From NCBI RefSeq assembly GCF_001690985.1, contig NZ_MAJS01000013.1:43260-67259 (forward strand): a stretch of 24,000 bases of DNA. The letters run 5' to 3'. This stretch comes from Aliivibrio sp. 1S175. GTDB taxonomy: Bacteria; Pseudomonadota; Gammaproteobacteria; Enterobacterales; Vibrionaceae. The translations under genes were made by a program, and so were the position numbers. Shown here in pieces: positions 16,715 through 24,000 of the stretch. A model generated the notes under the pieces. The model was not told the origin of the DNA. It was given only the letters and a program-made list of their open reading frames with translations, and ran no database searches. Each line of letters opens with the position of its first letter. Position 1 is the stretch's first letter.

Positions 16715-16747
16715 AAACAAAGCATTGATTCATAAAGAAAGCCTCAG
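16715..16747. repeat. Right copy of the perfect 33-bp direct repeat; it contains the putative -35 of the gntR promoter
   Basis: It is identical to 15143-15175. The TTGATT at 16725-16730 lies 18 nt upstream of a perfect TATAAT at 16749-16754. Confidence 0.9.
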
Positions 16748-16769
16748 CTATAATGTTACTGTAACATTA
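16725..16769 (+). promoter_or_regulatory. Putative gntR promoter (TTGATT-18-TATAAT) overlapping a perfect 19-bp palindromic GntR-type operator
   Basis: The -35 is at 16725-16730 and the -10 at 16749-16754. The palindrome TAATGTTAC-T-GTAACATTA spans 16751-16769. It carries the half-sites ATGTTA/TAACAT of the E. coli GntR operator consensus, but with a 3-nt rather than a 4-nt spacer. It lies 14 nt upstream of the gntR ATG, which suggests autoregulation. Confidence 0.6.
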
Positions 16770-16782
16770 ACTAAGGCTTATT

Positions 16783-17790
16783 ATGACTACTGAGATTAGA
16801 AAATCACGCCCAACTTTACAAGATATTGCAGACAGAATCGGCATCACCAAAATGACGGTCAGCCGCTATATGCGAGCTCCTAGTTCAGTTGCAGAGCCAA
16901 CGCGAGTCAAAATAAGAGCCGTTGTTGAAGAGCTTGGATACATTCAAAACCGTGCCCCAGCAATGCTTTCAAAAGCCTCAAGTAAAGCGATTGGTGTATT
17001 GCTACCTTCTTTATCAAACCAAGTATTTGCTAATTTTACACAAGGTATTGAAGCGGTAACCAATGCTTGTGGTTATGAAACCTTAATTGCCCACTTTAGT
17101 TACAGCAAAGATATTGAAGAAAACAAGATAGCGGCCCTACTTTCTTATCAGGTAGATGGACTTATTTTAACCAGTTCAGAGCATACTCCGCGTACATTAC
17201 AAATGATAAAAACCGCTGGCATACCAATTATCGAAGCGATGGAGTTACCTGAAAACCCAATTGATATTGCTGTCGGATTAGATCACGAATTAGCGGCTTA
17301 TACTGTCATTAAATCTATGCTCAATAAAGGGAAAAAACACATCGTCTACTTTGGTGCCCGACTGGATACCCGAACACAACTACGTATGAATGGTTACGAT
17401 AAAGCGATTACAGAAGCTGGATTTGAGCCAATCCACATCCTAACCGAAGCTCACTCAAGCTTTACCTTAGGTCAAAAACTTCTTGAACAAACATTAAGCA
17501 TACACCCTACTGTAGATGGGATCTTCTGTACTAATGACGATATTGCTATCGGAACAATCATGGCTTGCCAAGAAAGAAAAATCCCAGTACCACAACAAAT
17601 TAGTATCGTTGGATATAACTCATTAGACATAGGCCAAGCAATGTCACCAAAACTAACCAGCGTAGATACGCCTTTATATGCTATTGGAGAGAAAAGTGCA
17701 CAATTACTGCTAGATTCTCTGGCAGGAAAAAGCCCAGAACAAAAAGTGTTTGATCTGGGCTTTACGATTACACAAGGAGAAAGCTTGTAA
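16783..17790 (+). CDS. gntR: LacI-family gluconate utilisation repressor GntR
   Basis: 335 aa. The N-terminus RPTLQDIADRIGITKMTVSRYMR...ELGYIQNRAPAMLSKASSKAIGVLLPSLSNQVFA is nearly collinear with E. coli GntR as I remember it (KRPVLQDVADRVGVTKMTVSRFLR...ELGYIPNRAPDILSNATSRAIGVLLPSLTNQVFA). It is adjacent to edd, gntK and eda. Confidence 0.85.
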   Translation: MTTEIRKSRPTLQDIADRIGITKMTVSRYMRAPSSVAEPTRVKIRAVVEELGYIQNRAPAMLSKASSKAIGVLLPSLSNQVFANFTQGIEAVTNACGYETLIAHFSYSKDIEENKIAALLSYQVDGLILTSSEHTPRTLQMIKTAGIPIIEAMELPENPIDIAVGLDHELAAYTVIKSMLNKGKKHIVYFGARLDTRTQLRMNGYDKAITEAGFEPIHILTEAHSSFTLGQKLLEQTLSIHPTVDGIFCTNDDIAIGTIMACQERKIPVPQQISIVGYNSLDIGQAMSPKLTSVDTPLYAIGEKSAQLLLDSLAGKSPEQKVFDLGFTITQGESL

Positions 17791-17803
17791 TTTCAGCTTT
17801 CTC
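17777..17803. terminator. Weak hairpin spanning the gntR stop codon, between the convergent gntR and edd
   Basis: GAGAAAGCT (17777-17785) pairs with AGCTTTCTC (17795-17803) around a 9-nt loop that contains the TAA stop. No strong U-tract follows. Confidence 0.35.
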
Positions 17804-17845
17804 TATTGCGCTTTATTCCTGCTCCTTAGATATTAAGCCAATCTA

Positions 17846-19642
17846 TTAATACAAGAATGAAGCGCCTTCTTCTGCACTCGAAACATTGTCTCGCATAATT
17901 TTGAATATATCTCGTCCCCACGTGACCTGCTCTTTTTCCGTATCAATGACCATAGGTTGACGCCCCTCATACGAGGTTAATAAATCTAACTTTCCATTTT
18001 CACTGTCAAGACGAACAATATCTCCTTCTTGAATCAGTCCAATCACACCACCACGTAGGGCTTCAGGAGAAATATGGATAGCCGCTGGAATTTTGCCTGA
18101 CGCGCCAGATAATCGACCATCAGTAACCAAGGCAACTTTATAACCGTCTTTCTGAATATTTCCCAAAATAGGCATTAGCTTATGTAGCTCAGGCATTCCA
18201 TTCGCTGCGGGTCCATTGTGGGTCACGACAATAATACAATCTTGATTTAACAGGCCTTTTTTGTACGCTGCCTCCACATCATGTTGTGAAGTAAATACTT
18301 TCGCTGGCGCTTCTATAAATCGGTATTCTTTTGCCACAGCAGACACTTTAATCACTGCGCTACCTAAATTGCCGTGTAGCACTTTTGTTCCACCAGTACT
18401 TTGAAACTCTTCGCCACTACATGCAATAACATTAGGGTTTGCAGTGCCTATGACATCGAACCATTCAAGCTGCCCATCAACCAAGGTTGGTGACATTAGC
18501 TGTTGATTGAAATCGCCAAAAGCTGGAGTAACATCAGTATGCAATAATTCACTTTCATGCAGACGCTTCATTAGTGCAGGAACACCGCCAGCGACTTGAA
18601 ATTCATTAATATCAGCTGGCCCGTTAGGATAAACCTTCACTAAAAGTGGAACAATATCAGACAAGTCGCTTAAATCTTCCCACGTTAAAATAAAACCTGC
18701 TGCACGAGCGATGGCAATCATATGAATGCTGTGATTTGTACTGCCACCAGAGGCTAATAATGCAATTAAGCCATTCACTAAACTCTTCTCTGTAAACACC
18801 TTTTTTAACGGTCTATACGATGGGGTATCAGCAGTCATTGATGCCAAACGTACTGATGCATAATCAGTTAATGCCGCACGAAGTGGCGATTCTGGATGAA
18901 CAAAAGCAGAACCTGACAACATTAGCCCCATCGCTTCAAATACAAGCTGATTTGTATTTGCGGTTCCATAAAATGTACAAGTTCCAGAAGAGTGATAGGC
19001 ATTACATTCCATTTTCTGCAACGCATCTTGCCCGACTTTTCCCGCTACAAATTTTTGTCGAACATCGACTTTTTCTTCATTGGTGATACCAGTAGACATT
19101 GGTCCTGCAGGAATAAATGCCGTCGGTAAATGAGCATAACTTAGTGCCCCCATTAACTGTCCTGGGGCTATCTTGTCACAAATCCCAAGCAGTAATGTCG
19201 CATCAAATACATTATGGCTTAACGAAAACGCGGTAGATTGAGCAATTAAATCACGAGAGAAAAGAGACATATCCATGCCTGCTTGACCTTGAGTTACACC
19301 ATCGCACATAGCAGGAACGCCACCCGCGATTTGTGCGGTATGACCGTGCTCATTTAGTGTTGATTTAATTTGATCAGGATAGTCTTTATATGTTTGATGT
19401 GCACTTAGCATGTCGTTGTATGCAGTAATAATCGCAACGTTTGCGTGTGTTAAATTCAATATCGTCGACTTTTCACTAGAACAAGAAGAAGCAACTGCAT
19501 GTGCTAAATTACCACAAGACATTTGAGCTCGACCTTTACCCGCCTTTTCTTGTTCTTCAATTTTATTCAAAAAAGCCTGACGACTATCAACACTTCGTTC
19601 TTGGATTCGTTTCGTTACCGCTAAGATGGTTGAGTGAGTCAT
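17846..19642 (-). CDS. edd: Phosphogluconate dehydratase (Entner-Doudoroff), IlvD/Edd family
   Basis: 598 aa. ...[13 protein letters not shown]...[18 protein letters not shown]... matches the E. coli Edd N-terminus as I remember it (LACGNLAHGFAAC...[18 protein letters not shown]). Its start overlaps the gntK stop by 4 nt (ATGA, 19639-19642). Synteny with gntK and eda supports the call. Confidence 0.93.
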   Translation of the reverse strand: MTHSTILAVTKRIQERSVDSRQAFLNKIEEQEKAGKGRAQMSCGNLAHAVASSCSSEKSTILNLTHANVAIITAYNDMLSAHQTYKDYPDQIKSTLNEHGHTAQIAGGVPAMCDGVTQGQAGMDMSLFSRDLIAQSTAFSLSHNVFDATLLLGICDKIAPGQLMGALSYAHLPTAFIPAGPMSTGITNEEKVDVRQKFVAGKVGQDALQKMECNAYHSSGTCTFYGTANTNQLVFEAMGLMLSGSAFVHPESPLRAALTDYASVRLASMTADTPSYRPLKKVFTEKSLVNGLIALLASGGSTNHSIHMIAIARAAGFILTWEDLSDLSDIVPLLVKVYPNGPADINEFQVAGGVPALMKRLHESELLHTDVTPAFGDFNQQLMSPTLVDGQLEWFDVIGTANPNVIACSGEEFQSTGGTKVLHGNLGSAVIKVSAVAKEYRFIEAPAKVFTSQHDVEAAYKKGLLNQDCIIVVTHNGPAANGMPELHKLMPILGNIQKDGYKVALVTDGRLSGASGKIPAAIHISPEALRGGVIGLIQEGDIVRLDSENGKLDLLTSYEGRQPMVIDTEKEQVTWGRDIFKIMRDNVSSAEEGASFLY

Positions 19643-20193
19643 GCTACTACCTTATTTTGTTGTGTATTACTTAGGTTGCTAAAGCGAGAAAGGCTTTCTA
19701 ATTCTAAAACTGTTTTTTCAATAATGTCATTCAGCGTCGCATCAATATTTATGGTAATAACGCTTTTCTCACTCACTGGACGCTCTAAAATATCAAACTG
19801 ACTCTTTACCATATTCTCTTTCATGAAATGACCAGAGCGAAAAGACATTCTTTGTAAGATAAGCTCAATACTTCCATCCAGAAAAACAAAACTGACGTTT
19901 TTATTCCCTTCTCGGATTTTATCGCGATAGCTTTTTTTCAATGATGAGCAAACAATTACACCTGTTTCGTTTTTACTTTCAATGCTAAATGCCGCATCAC
20001 GTACTCGCTCCAACCAAGGCAAGCGATCTTCATCGCTCAATGGCTCACCACGTGACATTTTTAAAATATTCGCTTTTGGGTGTAAGTCATCCCCATCGAT
20101 AAATTTCGCTGAAATTCGTGTTGCCAGCAATTCACCAATCGTGCTTTTACCACAGCCTGAGACACCCATAATAATGATGCTTTTTCCTGACAT
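19639..20193 (-). CDS. gntK: Gluconokinase
   Basis: 184 aa. The P-loop GVSGCGKST is followed by FIDGDDLHPKANILKMSRGEPLSDEDRLPWL, collinear with E. coli GntK. A GGGAG SD precedes the ATG. Confidence 0.9.
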   Translation of the reverse strand: MSGKSIIIMGVSGCGKSTIGELLATRISAKFIDGDDLHPKANILKMSRGEPLSDEDRLPWLERVRDAAFSIESKNETGVIVCSSLKKSYRDKIREGNKNVSFVFLDGSIELILQRMSFRSGHFMKENMVKSQFDILERPVSEKSVITINIDATLNDIIEKTVLELESLSRFSNLSNTQQNKVVA

Positions 20194-20265
20194 TTTTACT
20201 CCCTAAGTTTTTTTGAGCTAGATCTCACTTTTCAAACATCGTGAAGAATTTAGTTTATTTCCTAA

Positions 20266-20295
20266 ATGTTATTGGTAACATGTTACCCGTAACTT
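20266..20295. promoter_or_regulatory. Two tandem, overlapping GntR operators in the gntK/eda divergent intergenic region
   Basis: ATGTTA-TTGG-TAACAT (20266-20281) is a perfect match to ATGTTA-N4-TAACAT. It is directly followed, sharing 2 nt, by ATGTTA-CCCG-TAACTT (20280-20295), which matches at 11 of 12 positions. The junction also forms the 14-bp perfect palindrome GGTAACATGTTACC (20274-20287). Confidence 0.7.
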
Positions 20296-20347
20296 AGAGG
20301 TTTGTGAAACTATTTTCTTCAAGCTTCGACCAATTAAGGAATAAAAA

Positions 20348-20962
20348 ATGCAAACCATCGAACAGCAATTAAAAGAAATCAAAATCGTTCCAATTATCGC
20401 AATTGAAGATAAAAATAATGCAGTTCCACTCGCTAAAGTACTTATAGAAAATGGATTACCTTGTGCTGAAATAACCTTCAGAACCGAGGCTGCTGTTGAA
20501 TCTATTCGTTTAATGAGAGAAGCATACCCAACACTGTTGATTGGTGCAGGTACAATATTAACAACCCAACAAGTTGATGACGCTATCGATGCGGGTGCTG
20601 ATTTCATTGTCAGTCCAGGTTTGAACCCAACCACAGTGACTTACTGCCAAGAGAAAAACATTCCTATTATCCCAGGAGTTAATAATCCAAGCTTAGTTGA
20701 ACAAGCAATGTCTTTAGGATTAAAAACCGTCAAATTCTTTCCTGCGGAACCTTCTGGTGGCCTATCGATGCTAAAAGCTTTATCTGCAGTTTATCCTGTC
20801 AGCTTTATGCCAACCGGCGGCATTAGTCCAACGAATGTTTCTGATTATCTTGCTTTACCCTCTGTTGTCGCTTGTGGTGGAACATGGATGGTGCCAAATG
20901 CCATGATCAACAACGGTGATTGGAAAGGTTTAACTCAGCTAGTAAAAGACGTAAATAATTAA
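20348..20962 (+). CDS. eda: 2-keto-3-deoxy-6-phosphogluconate (KDPG) / KHG aldolase
   Basis: 204 aa. The motifs are typical of Eda (IVPIIAIED..., AEITFRT, GAGTILT, FIVSPG, KFFPAE..GG, MPTGGI). An AAGGA SD is present. It is divergent from gntK-edd. Confidence 0.9.
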   Translation: MQTIEQQLKEIKIVPIIAIEDKNNAVPLAKVLIENGLPCAEITFRTEAAVESIRLMREAYPTLLIGAGTILTTQQVDDAIDAGADFIVSPGLNPTTVTYCQEKNIPIIPGVNNPSLVEQAMSLGLKTVKFFPAEPSGGLSMLKALSAVYPVSFMPTGGISPTNVSDYLALPSVVACGGTWMVPNAMINNGDWKGLTQLVKDVNN

Positions 20963-21074
20963 ATTCTGACAAAAACAAAACAATAACAAGGCGAGCGATG
21001 AGTACTCTGTTGGTTATTTAATCAATGATTCGTTCGTCTGTTCTCACACATGGAAAGTAAACTTGGAGTTAAGC

Positions 21075-24000
<2,926 letters not shown>

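Noticed and set aside
20963-21074. A search for an eda terminator or a BglG-type RAT/antiterminator element upstream of the PTS gene
   Set aside because: I found only imperfect pairings (AATAACAAG with CTGTTGGTTATT, which needs mismatches or a bulge) and no resemblance to the RAT consensus. The evidence is not strong enough to annotate.

Overview
This window looks like an ordinary chromosomal, metabolism-rich region of an AT-rich gammaproteobacterium. Vibrionaceae-like is my guess from how closely the proteins resemble the E. coli and Salmonella orthologues I remember, and I cannot verify it here. I saw no rRNA, tRNA, CRISPR array, transposase, integrase, phage gene or recognisable defence module. 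Gene content from left to right: (i) the N-terminal fragment of a periplasmic solute-binding protein. (ii) A complete tetrathionate respiration locus, ttrR-ttrS (minus strand) divergent from ttrB-ttrC-ttrA. (iii) Directly downstream, a tsdB/tsdA-like pair of diheme c-type cytochromes (thiosulfate dehydrogenase / tetrathionate reductase family). (iv) An orphan secreted protein of unknown function. (v) A divergent MFS transporter and AraC-family regulator. (vi) A YjjI-type glycyl-radical enzyme with its YjjW-type radical-SAM activase, substrate unknown. (vii) An alginate-lyase-family gene bracketed by a perfect 33-bp direct repeat. (viii) An Entner-Doudoroff/gluconate cluster, gntR, edd-gntK (minus strand) and eda. 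(ix) An ascF/ascB-like beta-glucoside PTS EIIBC plus a 6-phospho-beta-glucosidase that runs off the right end. The observations most worth follow-up are these. An identical 18-nt palindromic box sits at almost the same distance upstream of both ttrBCA and the tsdBA-like operon, so it is a candidate TtrR operator that would tie two unrelated tetrathionate/thiosulfate enzymes into one regulon. The YjjI/YjjW glycyl-radical pair is of unknown function. The alginate lyase looks like a cassette insertion that duplicated part of the gntR promoter. Consensus GntR operators are present with two different half-site spacings. I do not see a clearly novel multi-gene system. All product calls rest on remembered family motifs and synteny, not on database searches.
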